Both the position numbers and the translations under genes were made by a program. DNA of 40,394 nt from Candidatus Micrarchaeota archaeon. Lineage in GTDB: Archaea; Micrarchaeota; Micrarchaeia; CAILAH01. The notes beneath the pieces were generated by a model, which saw only the letters and a program-made list of their open reading frames with translations, was not told the DNA's origin and did not search any database. The stretch lies in contig JAOAKK010000003.1 of NCBI GenBank assembly GCA_026413685.1, positions 1-40,394 on the forward strand, given 5' to 3'. Positions 1 through 9,055 of this stretch are shown one piece after another (the stretch's first letter is position 1; the number at the start of each line of letters is the position of its first letter).

Positions 1-213
1 GTGTACAAGATTGGCAAGGGCACGTTGCGCCTTGGCCTTGCGTTTGTAGGCTCCGCTCATCAAGTTGTAGAGTTGGCTGTAGTGGCTGATGGCAAGGAAC
101 TAGTGAAAGGCATCTACAGGCCAGGTGACGACTTTACTTTCTCTGATGGCGTAAGCCTACACAACGTGGGAATAGAAAAAGTTGATTTTGTTACAAAAGA
201 GGCAAAGCAATAA
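1..213 (+). CDS. hypothetical protein, C-terminal part (5' truncated by window edge)
   Basis: Open frame from base 1 to TAA at 211-213, followed by a T-rich tract; no recognisable motif. Confidence 0.6.
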   Translation: MYKIGKGTLRLGLAFVGSAHQVVELAVVADGKELVKGIYRPGDDFTFSDGVSLHNVGIEKVDFVTKEAKQ

Positions 214-256
214 ATCAAAGCCTCTTTTCATTTTTTATTGTGGCCAATTAGATGCA

Positions 257-1501
257 TTAATCCTTGATTATCTCCCCTTTAAGGTATGCAACGCCCGCAG
301 AAACGATCCTGCACATTACAGTTTCACCTATACGGCCATCAGCCGCAACCTGCTTGTAATACTCATTCCTGCCCACCGTGCTCTTAACCTTCTCGAGCAG
401 TGTGACACCACACGTCCTGCCTACCCATAACGAATTTCTTTGCAGTGAGATTGAGTCGCACAACTTGCTCATTATAATGCTCCTCTTCTTTGCTGCGTTC
501 TTGTCCCACAACTGCATCCTTGCAGCTTCAGTGCCTGGCCGTACGCTGAATTTTGATACGTTTGTTGTATCTGCCTGCACGCGCTTTACAGCCTCAACAC
601 TTAACTCAAAATCCTCCTCGTTTTCACCAGGAAACCCGACAATGATATCATTCATTATGTTTGCGAGCCTGTCCTTTCTTATCTCTTTTATTATGCCAAA
701 GTACTCATCAACAGTGTTCTCCCTTCCCATCAGCTTAAGTATCCTGTCAGAGCCGCTCTGCAACGGCACATGGAAAAACTTGTAAAAGCACTCATTTTCC
801 ATTATAATATCGATAATCTCCATCTGCTCTTTTAGGTGTTTTGGGTTTATCATCCCTATCCGGATTTTCAGGCCCAGGTCGCCAATATCGGCAATCTGGC
901 TTAGCAGCCCTTTGAGTGATGCGCCCCTTTCAAGGCCGTATGCACCCATATCCTGTGATGTGAGGCGAAGCTCTTTTACACCAGCCTCATTTGCAGCCTT
1001 AATCCTTCTTATAACTTCACCGAGCCGCATGCTTCTCAGCTTTGGCCTTGCCAGCTTTGCAAAGCAGTAAGTACACGCGCTTGTGCACCCTTCTGACACG
1101 GCAATGCCCGCGATTGGCGGTGTGAAAGTGTATTCAAGCCCGCCCTTATCACAGGCATTGAAAAATTCCCCACAGCCTCCCCGGAGCGCATCTTCAACAG
1201 CGCTGCATATGTATTTGGTGCTATACGTGCCAATCAAAGTAGCATGTGGCGCGAACCTCCTGGCCAGCTGCCCATCAGCAGCTGCAATGCATCCACCAAC
1301 AACAACAGGCTTTTTAATGCCCTTGAGCCGCTCTATAATCCTTTTTTCGGTGGCATCCTTCACACCGCACGTGTTTATTATAATGACATCTGCATCATCC
1401 TCACTGCTTTCAACAAGCCCTTTTTTTATGAGCAGCTCTTTCATGAGTGCGGAGTCGTGCTGGTTAAGCGTGCACCCGTATGTCTCAATATAAAATTTCA
1501 T
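257..1501 (-). CDS. radical SAM tRNA methylthiotransferase, MiaB/MtaB family (probably archaeal e-MtaB, ms2t6A37)
   Basis: UPF0004 N-terminus YIETYGCTLN..NTC..GGC, radical SAM motif CTSACTYC, HVPLQSGS, IIVGFPGE, C-terminal TRAM-like domain. ATG at 1501 or GTG at 1504. Confidence 0.92.
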   Translation of the reverse strand: MKFYIETYGCTLNQHDSALMKELLIKKGLVESSEDDADVIIINTCGVKDATEKRIIERLKGIKKPVVVGGCIAAADGQLARRFAPHATLIGTYSTKYICSAVEDALRGGCGEFFNACDKGGLEYTFTPPIAGIAVSEGCTSACTYCFAKLARPKLRSMRLGEVIRRIKAANEAGVKELRLTSQDMGAYGLERGASLKGLLSQIADIGDLGLKIRIGMINPKHLKEQMEIIDIIMENECFYKFFHVPLQSGSDRILKLMGRENTVDEYFGIIKEIRKDRLANIMNDIIVGFPGENEEDFELSVEAVKRVQADTTNVSKFSVRPGTEAARMQLWDKNAAKKRSIIMSKLCDSISLQRNSLWVGRTCGVTLLEKVKSTVGRNEYYKQVAADGRIGETVMCRIVSAGVAYLKGEIIKD

Positions 1502-1537
1502 CACAAAAATTAGGCTACTTAACCATTAAAAACACTG

Positions 1538-1559
1538 CTAGAAAGGAAAAAATGGAAAA
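1538..1559 (-). terminator. oligo-T archaeal-type terminator
   Basis: Minus strand reads TTTTCCATTTTTTCCTTTC directly after the stop of 1560..2567. Confidence 0.45.
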
Positions 1560-2567
1560 TTAGCAGCTGCCCGTCGATACACCTTGTTCTGTTGAGAGTG
1601 TCTTGTTGCACTCGGCAGGCGGAGTGTTGAATGCAGAGCATATAAACTGCTTGAACGCCTCAGAGCTCCTCTGCCCGTTATACGTCTTGCCGTTAAGGAT
1701 AACGGTAGGAGACCCCTGCACATTATACTGGCTTGTTTTTGCGACCTCTGCATCAGCTATGCTGTTAAAGCTCTTTGCATATTCCTCTTCAAGGGCTTTC
1801 ACGTCTATGCCCTGCCTTGCAGCCGCTTCTTTCCAGCAAGACTCAACATTCTGCAGCGTACAGTTTTGGTTGACATCATAAGTGAATGCCATCCATTTCT
1901 TTGCACCGTATTTGTTGAAGACAATTTTCTCCCTTATATCCTGGTTAAGCTCTGCCTGGCCGTGCAATGATTGGTAAGCCCCATTTTTCCCTGAGATAAT
2001 GTACACAGGCTCAAAATCAATCTTCCCATCAAGCAGTGCGATCACATCAACAAACGCATTCTCCGCAACGTTGCCGTATGGGCAGAAGCTCATCACGAAC
2101 AGCTTTACAGTTGGCTTATCACTTTTTTCAGGTGGCTGTTTTGACATCTCAAGATCTTTCTTTGCAGCATTAACTTGTGCCTTAAGCGTGTTAAAATCAG
2201 TTGGCTGCTGCAGCAGGTATCTCAGGTCCTTGGTTGCGTAAAGCGTCTGTGGGAATGAGCCGTCAATTGTGAAGTCAATCGCAACAAGGTCCCCATCAAG
2301 CTTATAGCCGACATATTCGACGCTGTGCTCCTCGCCCGTCTGTATGTAAATTATGTCCTTGAACACCGAGCTAATCTCCTTTATCTTGTTTGTATCAGGA
2401 GTGTATGAGCCGGCCGCGGTGCCTATGCTGCACGTATTATTAATGTTGCTGGCCGAGGCTGGGTTGAGCGCAGAATACATGTAATACCCAATCCCAAGCC
2501 CTACCGCAAGCGTGAGGACAAGTGCAGCAAGCATCTGGCTGCTTAATTCAAATTGCTTATCAGGCAT
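1560..2567 (-). CDS. membrane-anchored thioredoxin-fold protein (DsbA/DsbC/GILT-like)
   Basis: N-terminal TM helix; LFVMSFCPYG active-site position; cis-Pro loop VQGSPTVILNG; GGTGG RBS upstream. Confidence 0.8.
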   Translation of the reverse strand: MPDKQFELSSQMLAALVLTLAVGLGIGYYMYSALNPASASNINNTCSIGTAAGSYTPDTNKIKEISSVFKDIIYIQTGEEHSVEYVGYKLDGDLVAIDFTIDGSFPQTLYATKDLRYLLQQPTDFNTLKAQVNAAKKDLEMSKQPPEKSDKPTVKLFVMSFCPYGNVAENAFVDVIALLDGKIDFEPVYIISGKNGAYQSLHGQAELNQDIREKIVFNKYGAKKWMAFTYDVNQNCTLQNVESCWKEAAARQGIDVKALEEEYAKSFNSIADAEVAKTSQYNVQGSPTVILNGKTYNGQRSSEAFKQFICSAFNTPPAECNKTLSTEQGVSTGSC

Positions 2568-2676
2568 TAAACCACCAAACGGCTATTATAAAGATGGAAA
2601 TGTTTTTAACAGCTTCTAATTCTGGAGGTGGGGCAAAACATATTTTAACAGGCCAGCACACAACATAACAGATGCT

Positions 2677-5214
2677 ATGCTTTCACAAAAGCTTGATTCA
2701 CTTTTCAGGAGCAGGTTCAGCTCTTACACACCTGTGCAGGAGAAGGCCATCCCAGTAATCCTTTCGGGTGCCGACACGCTCATAATCGCACCCACAGGCT
2801 CAGGAAAGACCGAGGCAGCGCTTCTCCCCATCCTTGACAGGATTAGCAGCAGTGCAGTGCCTGCACCCATATGCCTGCTTTACATTACACCGCTGCGCTC
2901 GCTAAACAGGGATATGGTAGAGCGCGTCCGGGCATGGTCACACGAGCTTGGCCTGCGCACTTCGGTACGGCACGGTGATACATCACAGCGCGAGCGCACA
3001 TTCCAGTCTAAGCATCCTCCCCATGTCCTGATTACAACCCCTGAAACGTTGCAGGCGATGCTCGGCACGGCTTCGTTTCGTGCGCACCTGCAGAACCTCA
3101 GGCACGTGATAATCGATGAGCTTCACGAGCTCATAGGCAGCAAGCGCGGTGCACAGCTTTCCCTTGCACTTTCACGCCTGCGTGCCCTCTCTTCTTTTCA
3201 GGCTGTTGCAATAAGCGCAACACTTACAAGCCCAAAATCCGCAGCGGAGTTTGTGTTCAGGGGGAGATGGTCACTCGTCCAGGAAGCGGCACCAAAGGAC
3301 ATAAGAATAGAGGTGATGCGCGCCGAAGGTGCAACAGAAGAGGCCCGCCTTGCACATATGTGCCGCATCATCAGCCAAAGCCTTGAGAACAGCAAGACGT
3401 TGGTGTTCACGAATACGCGCTATATGGCGGAGCTGATAGGCTCACACCTCATATCGATGGGTGCAAGCGTGGGGGTACACCATGGCTCACTCTCAAAAGA
3501 AGAGCGGGAGGCGATTGAGGATGATTTCAAGCAGAACAAGGTGCGCGGGCTTGTGTGCACATCATCGCTTGAGCTCGGCATTGACATTGGCGACGTTAAC
3601 CTCGTAATACACATAGGCTCACCAAAACAGGTGCGCAAGGCGCTCCAGCGCATTGGCAGGAGCGGCCACGCATTTGGCGGTGCACCACACGGCATAATAA
3701 TCTCACACAACGAGTTTGATTTTTGCGAGGCCGAAGTGATAAGTGCACGTGCAAAAAGCCACCAGCTTGAGGATGATGATATCATCTACCCTTCGCTTGG
3801 CGTCCTCGGGCACGCAGTAGCGGGCGAGCTCCTGGCCCGCGGCCAGGCTGTGGATACCGAGCTTTACAGCCAGCTTGCCTGTGAGACGCCCATCTACAGC
3901 AGTATTGGTGTTGATGAGTTTAGGCTTCTTCTCTCAGAGCTGCACAGGAACGGTGTGCTGTTTTATGATGGGCGCAATGTAAGGAAAACTAAGCGCACAC
4001 GCGAGTTTTACTTTACGCGGCTGAGCACCATCCCTACGAGCATAAAGTATGGGATGAGGTTTAACGGCCGCATGATAGGCTATCTTGATGAGAGGTTTGT
4101 GCTTTCACTCAATGAGGGAGATGTTTTTATAACCAGGGGCACGCCCTGGCGCGTGCTAAGCATTGAGAAGGGCATTGTCGAAGTTGAGCATTCACCATCC
4201 TATATCCTAGCAATACCCGATTGGGAAGGTGAGCAAATACCTGTCAAGCGCGAGATATGCAGCGACGTCAAGGCCAGGCTTGGGTTCGGCACAAAGCCAA
4301 AGGTGTGCACTTTTGGTGATATGCTCATAATATACACATTCCTTGGGAGCACGGCAAACAACGCACTTGCCCTTGCGCTTGCAAGCAGGCTTACAGCATA
4401 TTTCGGTGCCGGCGCAGTTGCAAAATCCTCACCATACGCAGTATTCATCAAGCTGCCATACCCGGTCTCCAAAGAGTCGCTAGCAAAGCTTTGCTCAGGG
4501 ATGAGCGTTGAGAACGAGATTGCTGCAATATTGCACAAGAATAGTACATTCTCATACCTGTTTTCGCAGGAGGCGTATTATTACGGGTTCTCAAGGGAGC
4601 ACGAGCGCTACTCGCCTTATTACATCTCAAGGCTGGCAGCACACCTTCCTTACAAGGAGGCGTGTGATTATTTTATGCACAGGTATTGCGACTGTGCAGG
4701 TGCACAGGAGCTTGTTAGCAGGCACCTTTCAAGCACAGATGGCTTTGATTTTGAAGTGCTCCATGGGCTTGACCACCTGGCATTATCCGCCCTTGACTAC
4801 ATGTCAGGGTCACAGGTGCTATTCCCAGACATTCCTGAGGGTGCAGCCATGGTGCTGCTCGACAAGATGCCATCAACGTTCAAGTTCATATGCGCAAACT
4901 GCGGCAACGTGTTCTATGGCCACATATCATCACTGCCAAAAAGCTGCGGCAAGTGCTCAAGCGTGCTGCTTGCGCCTTCACGTGAAAATGAGCGAAAGGA
5001 GCTGTCAAAGGCCGAGCTGATGCGCCGTGCATCACTTTACATATCATACGGGCGCCGCGCACTCATCGCACTCTCAACATATGGGGTTGGCACTGAGACA
5101 GCTGCGCGCGTGCTTTCACGGATGCATCGTGACGAGCATTCGCTTGCGCTTGACCTGCTGCGCGCACGTGAGCAGTTCATACGCACAAAGAAGTACTGGT
5201 CCCCTGGAAAGTAA
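2677..5214 (+). CDS. lhr: Lhr-family DEAD/DEAH-box helicase
   Basis: Q motif TPVQ, APTGSGKTEAA, YITPLRSLNRD, HGDT, TTPETL, DELH, SAT, TSSLELGIDIG, QRIGRSGH, IPDWEGE, C-terminal CxxC..CxxC. Confidence 0.93.
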   Translation: MLSQKLDSLFRSRFSSYTPVQEKAIPVILSGADTLIIAPTGSGKTEAALLPILDRISSSAVPAPICLLYITPLRSLNRDMVERVRAWSHELGLRTSVRHGDTSQRERTFQSKHPPHVLITTPETLQAMLGTASFRAHLQNLRHVIIDELHELIGSKRGAQLSLALSRLRALSSFQAVAISATLTSPKSAAEFVFRGRWSLVQEAAPKDIRIEVMRAEGATEEARLAHMCRIISQSLENSKTLVFTNTRYMAELIGSHLISMGASVGVHHGSLSKEEREAIEDDFKQNKVRGLVCTSSLELGIDIGDVNLVIHIGSPKQVRKALQRIGRSGHAFGGAPHGIIISHNEFDFCEAEVISARAKSHQLEDDDIIYPSLGVLGHAVAGELLARGQAVDTELYSQLACETPIYSSIGVDEFRLLLSELHRNGVLFYDGRNVRKTKRTREFYFTRLSTIPTSIKYGMRFNGRMIGYLDERFVLSLNEGDVFITRGTPWRVLSIEKGIVEVEHSPSYILAIPDWEGEQIPVKREICSDVKARLGFGTKPKVCTFGDMLIIYTFLGSTANNALALALASRLTAYFGAGAVAKSSPYAVFIKLPYPVSKESLAKLCSGMSVENEIAAILHKNSTFSYLFSQEAYYYGFSREHERYSPYYISRLAAHLPYKEACDYFMHRYCDCAGAQELVSRHLSSTDGFDFEVLHGLDHLALSALDYMSGSQVLFPDIPEGAAMVLLDKMPSTFKFICANCGNVFYGHISSLPKSCGKCSSVLLAPSRENERKELSKAELMRRASLYISYGRRALIALSTYGVGTETAARVLSRMHRDEHSLALDLLRAREQFIRTKKYWSPGK

Positions 5215-5272
5215 GAGCGTGGCAGTATTGCATGTGGTATTTGAATTAAAATATTCTTGCCATAATCTTCAT

Positions 5273-6448
5273 ATGCACCTCTACCAGAAGCATGCCCCAA
5301 AATCACTTTCAGAGTTTGCCGGCAACAGCGAGGTTGTTGAGGAAGTCCGCAAGTGGGCGCTGCTCATAGAAAGCGGCAAGAGGCAAAAGCCGCTTCTCCT
5401 GTATGGCCCTTCAGGTGTCGGCAAGACCGCCCTTGCATATGCGCTTGCTTCAGAGATGGGGTGGGAAATCCTTGAGTTTAACGCATCAGACACGCGCAAT
5501 AAGGATAACGTTGAGAGGATAATGGGTGCGGCCACATCATCGGCAGGGCTATTTTCACACCGCAAGCTTATCCTGGTAGATGAGGTTGACGGCCTTGAAG
5601 GTGCAGCGGACCGTGGGGGTGCATCTGCAATAGCATCTGTGATAGAGAATGCAACACAACCCATCATACTGACTGCAAACGATGCGTGGGACAAGAAGCT
5701 CTACTCATTGCGCTCTGCCTGCAAGCTTATCGAGATGAAGCATATCAACAAAAGGACCATACGCTCTGTGATTGCACGCATCGCAAAGGAGGAAGGCATC
5801 AGCATGCCCGAAGACGTGCTGGATAAGATAGCCGACAGCTCTGGCGGCGACCTCCGCTCGGCCATAATCGACTTGCAGGCATACTTACCCGGCTCGATGC
5901 GCGACCGTGACAAGCTCATCTTTGAGTGCGTGAAAAGCCTGTTCAAGGCGGAGACATACCAGGATGCGATGAAGTCGTTTGACGGCACAACAGTAGATTA
6001 CGGCCTGATGAAGCTGTGGATTGAGAGCAACATCCCCATCGAATACGAAAAGCCAGAGGAGATTGCACGTGCATATAATTTCTTGTCACGCGCAGATGTG
6101 TTTGATGGGCGTGTGCTTAACAGGCAGGCATGGAAACTCCAGAAGTACTCATATGCGCTCATACTTGCAGGTGTGGCGTTATCAAAGGGGCACAAGTACC
6201 ACAAGTTTTCAAAGTATGAATTCCCGCAGTTTCTCAGGCTGATGAGCATAAGCTCGGAAAAGCGCGCATTGCGCAAGTCAATCCGCAGGAAGGTTGCCGC
6301 GGCGTGCCATTGCAGTGTCAGGGATGCTGACCTATATTTCCCCCTGATTAAGCTTATGGCAAAAGAAGGCAAGCCGCTAGGCTTTTTCGGGCTTGATGAG
6401 AATGAGCTCAAGATGCTCGGTGCATCTGCAAATGAGGAGAGTGATTGA
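5273..6448 (+). CDS. rfcL: replication factor C large subunit
   Basis: KHAPKSLSEF, GPSGVGKT, EFNASDTR, LVDEVDGL, GDLRSAIIDLQ, LSRADVF. Start moved from 5027 to ATG 5273, which has an AATTAAA box 29 nt upstream and avoids overlap with lhr. Confidence 0.93.
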   Translation: MHLYQKHAPKSLSEFAGNSEVVEEVRKWALLIESGKRQKPLLLYGPSGVGKTALAYALASEMGWEILEFNASDTRNKDNVERIMGAATSSAGLFSHRKLILVDEVDGLEGAADRGGASAIASVIENATQPIILTANDAWDKKLYSLRSACKLIEMKHINKRTIRSVIARIAKEEGISMPEDVLDKIADSSGGDLRSAIIDLQAYLPGSMRDRDKLIFECVKSLFKAETYQDAMKSFDGTTVDYGLMKLWIESNIPIEYEKPEEIARAYNFLSRADVFDGRVLNRQAWKLQKYSYALILAGVALSKGHKYHKFSKYEFPQFLRLMSISSEKRALRKSIRRKVAAACHCSVRDADLYFPLIKLMAKEGKPLGFFGLDENELKMLGASANEESD

Positions 6449-6970
6449 TTGCGGAGGACGCAAGCAAGCCACAACACCACACGCGTGCACAGCTGCAGGC
6501 CTGTTGCAGCAGATGCAGTTGTCATAAGCGGGGATAGGGTGCTGCTCATACAGCGTGCAGCATACCCTTTCAAGGGCAGGCTTGCACTGCCTGGCGGGCA
6601 CCTTGCAGCTGGTGAGACACTGGAAGAGTGTGCAGCACGCGAGGTTCTTGAGGAGGCGGGCATACGCGTGTCCCCAAAGCGCATAATTGGTGTATACTCA
6701 AGGCCCGGGAGAGACCCCCGTGGCACTGTAAGCGTAGCCTTTTATTGCACTGCAAAAAGGCCACACCTGCATCCTGGGAGTGATGCGGCTGGCGCTTTGT
6801 GGGTACCTTTAAGCAGAGCGATAAGGATGCGGCTGGCGTTTGACCACAGCAGCATACTCAAGGATGCGCTTCACCAGTTGCGCTATGTGCATCGTGTTGG
6901 TGCACGCCCGCACAGAAAGGCGCAAGAGCACGGTGGTGAAGGTAAGGGCATTGGCAATAATGCCAGGTAA
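6449..6970 (+). CDS. NUDIX hydrolase (ADP-ribose pyrophosphatase-like)
   Basis: Nudix box GGHLAAGETLEECAAREVLEEAG, plus RDPRG, GSDA and LAFDH. Start uncertain. Confidence 0.88.
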   Translation: MRRTQASHNTTRVHSCRPVAADAVVISGDRVLLIQRAAYPFKGRLALPGGHLAAGETLEECAAREVLEEAGIRVSPKRIIGVYSRPGRDPRGTVSVAFYCTAKRPHLHPGSDAAGALWVPLSRAIRMRLAFDHSSILKDALHQLRYVHRVGARPHRKAQEHGGEGKGIGNNAR

Positions 6971-6973
6971 AAC

Positions 6974-9055
6974 GTGGATATTATGATGCGCAAGCTTGCC
7001 ACATCATTGGTTCTTTTTGTGCTGGTTGTGCACGTTATAGCCGCACAATCAGGGAACTTTAATCCTACAATAGTATCATCAATCACAGTAGAATTGTCAC
7101 GCGGCGGGAAAATCACTTCAACAACAGGTGAGCTATCAAGCCTGGAAGTGAGCCTGGCCATACCGCAGCGCACGGATTACCAGCAGGTGAGCATACTGCT
7201 TCCACCAGGCGCGCAGGTGGCAAGGGAAAACGGCAACGATATTGCCCTGCTTACGCACGGGCAAGCTTTCAAGAGTTATGCATACTCGGTTTCTGCAAAC
7301 GTGACATCAAGGAGCAGGGGCGTATACGCACTCCCTAGCAAATACACGAAGGCTCACATTGCGCAGGAGTACCTCTCTGGGACTGAGCACATCATAATCA
7401 CGCCAGAAATAACAAGGCAAGCGCGCGCAGTCACAGCAGGCTACAAGGAGGATATTGATAAGGTAGCGGCGCTTGCAATATGGGTTAATAATTATGTAAG
7501 GTATGATCCCTCTGACTTGGGAAAGAACAGGGACTCTGCTGAAGTAATGAAAAGCCCGCACGGTGTATGTGTTGAGTTTACAAACCTGTTCGTTGCGCTT
7601 GCACGCTCGCTTGGGTATCCTGCACGCACAGTGCTCGGCTATGTCTATTCACCCGAGTATGGCTGGCAGCTGCATTCCTGGGCGGAGGTATATATTGGTG
7701 AATGGGTTGGTGTTGACCCAACGTGGCTTGAGGCAGGGTATATAGATGCAACGCATATCCCCATGTATTTCAGCAGCGATACGAGCACAGAGCTTGTTGA
7801 GCGTGCAAGTGCGGTTTCATCAAGTGAAGACAGTGAGATGGTGTGGGAGGGCAGAGGTGCGCTTGGAAGCGGCACTGAGGATATAAAAATACTCAATTAT
7901 ACTTTTTCAGTGCCGGAGTATCGCATAAGGCATGTGCCAGAGACACTTACAGCTGGTGATGAAGGCGCCATAATCATAGAGGTTGACAGCCCGTCATACC
8001 AGCTTTTCAGTGCGCGTGTTGCCCCGTGCGAAAGCGATACTGAGATTGTCAGGTTTGACCATGGCCCAACCACTGTATTGCTGCACCCAGGCAAGAATTA
8101 CGTGATGCTCCCATTCAGGGTTTCAACAATGCTGAATAAAGGCTACAGTTATTATTGCCCTGTATGGGTTTCGCATAATTTTGGCTCGGACAAGATACAG
8201 TTAGTGGTTGGTGCAATTCCCAAGCCGGCAAAGAAATTCAGTGCCATGCTCTCAAATTACTATCCGAGGAAAGCGGAGGTTAAGATAGCATCTTTGCATG
8301 GCGAAAATATTACGATTGTCAGCGAATTCGGCAAGGAAAGCGTGGCAATTTCGCCACGCTCAGCCAGGGGCGCAACGATTGATTTTAGCGATGGGTTTTC
8401 AGAAGTGCTGCTTGTGCACGATAGCACACACGCACAAGTTATCCGTCTTCCCTATTATGCACAGCCATATTCAAACTCAGTCTACAAAATCAAGGACTTA
8501 TCGCTTACAACATCGATTCCCTCTGACAGGGTGGGCAGGCTTTTGGTGGCTTTTGACACGGTTGGCAACATAACATATGAAGTCCAGGTTTATGCAGATG
8601 GCAAGCCCGTGGGCATTGACAAATCAAGTGCGCCATCATACATTCTTAATTATACGATATTTCCCGAGCCTGGCAGCCACACAATATCATTTGTGGTTGA
8701 TTTTGGCACTGAAAAATACAAATACGATGCCTCTTATGAGGTGTTTGACCCAAAAATTTCAGTGGATAAAGCTAGTATTGATGGGCGCAATTATACCTTC
8801 AGCGTTTCAGGCCCATACCAGGCATACGCAATTTATGTGGATGGGAAAGAAGTGAGCGGGGTGGAAGGCATTATTCTTACAAGTGGTGAGCATACCCTGG
8901 CAGTTGTGTGGATTGATAAGGCTGGTATTGAGAGGGTACATGAAGAAAAGTTTTATGCAGGCATAGGGGATGCAGGCATTTGCACGGCTGCTGGGCTGGT
9001 TTTTACCCTATCGCTTATATTAATTTACATAAAAAGTAAGAAACAGGTGGGTTAA
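6974..9055 (+). CDS. secreted, C-terminally anchored transglutaminase-like (cysteine protease fold) protein
   Basis: Signal peptide; triad GVCVEF, HSWAEVY, WVGVDPT; beta-rich C-terminal domains; terminal TM helix with basic tail. Start is probably ATG 6983 or 6986. Confidence 0.87.
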   Translation: MDIMMRKLATSLVLFVLVVHVIAAQSGNFNPTIVSSITVELSRGGKITSTTGELSSLEVSLAIPQRTDYQQVSILLPPGAQVARENGNDIALLTHGQAFKSYAYSVSANVTSRSRGVYALPSKYTKAHIAQEYLSGTEHIIITPEITRQARAVTAGYKEDIDKVAALAIWVNNYVRYDPSDLGKNRDSAEVMKSPHGVCVEFTNLFVALARSLGYPARTVLGYVYSPEYGWQLHSWAEVYIGEWVGVDPTWLEAGYIDATHIPMYFSSDTSTELVERASAVSSSEDSEMVWEGRGALGSGTEDIKILNYTFSVPEYRIRHVPETLTAGDEGAIIIEVDSPSYQLFSARVAPCESDTEIVRFDHGPTTVLLHPGKNYVMLPFRVSTMLNKGYSYYCPVWVSHNFGSDKIQLVVGAIPKPAKKFSAMLSNYYPRKAEVKIASLHGENITIVSEFGKESVAISPRSARGATIDFSDGFSEVLLVHDSTHAQVIRLPYYAQPYSNSVYKIKDLSLTTSIPSDRVGRLLVAFDTVGNITYEVQVYADGKPVGIDKSSAPSYILNYTIFPEPGSHTISFVVDFGTEKYKYDASYEVFDPKISVDKASIDGRNYTFSVSGPYQAYAIYVDGKEVSGVEGIILTSGEHTLAVVWIDKAGIERVHEEKFYAGIGDAGICTAAGLVFTLSLILIYIKSKKQVG

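Noticed and set aside
5027-5272. N-terminal extensions in the ORF track for rfcL, and likewise pelota (to 16270), the GT28-like gene (to 13352), rli (from 16706), nrdJ (to 24556), hjc (from 29365) and the Rqc2-like gene (from 31281)
   Set aside because: They overlap neighbouring genes or promoters; family homology and TATA/RBS spacing point to downstream ATGs.
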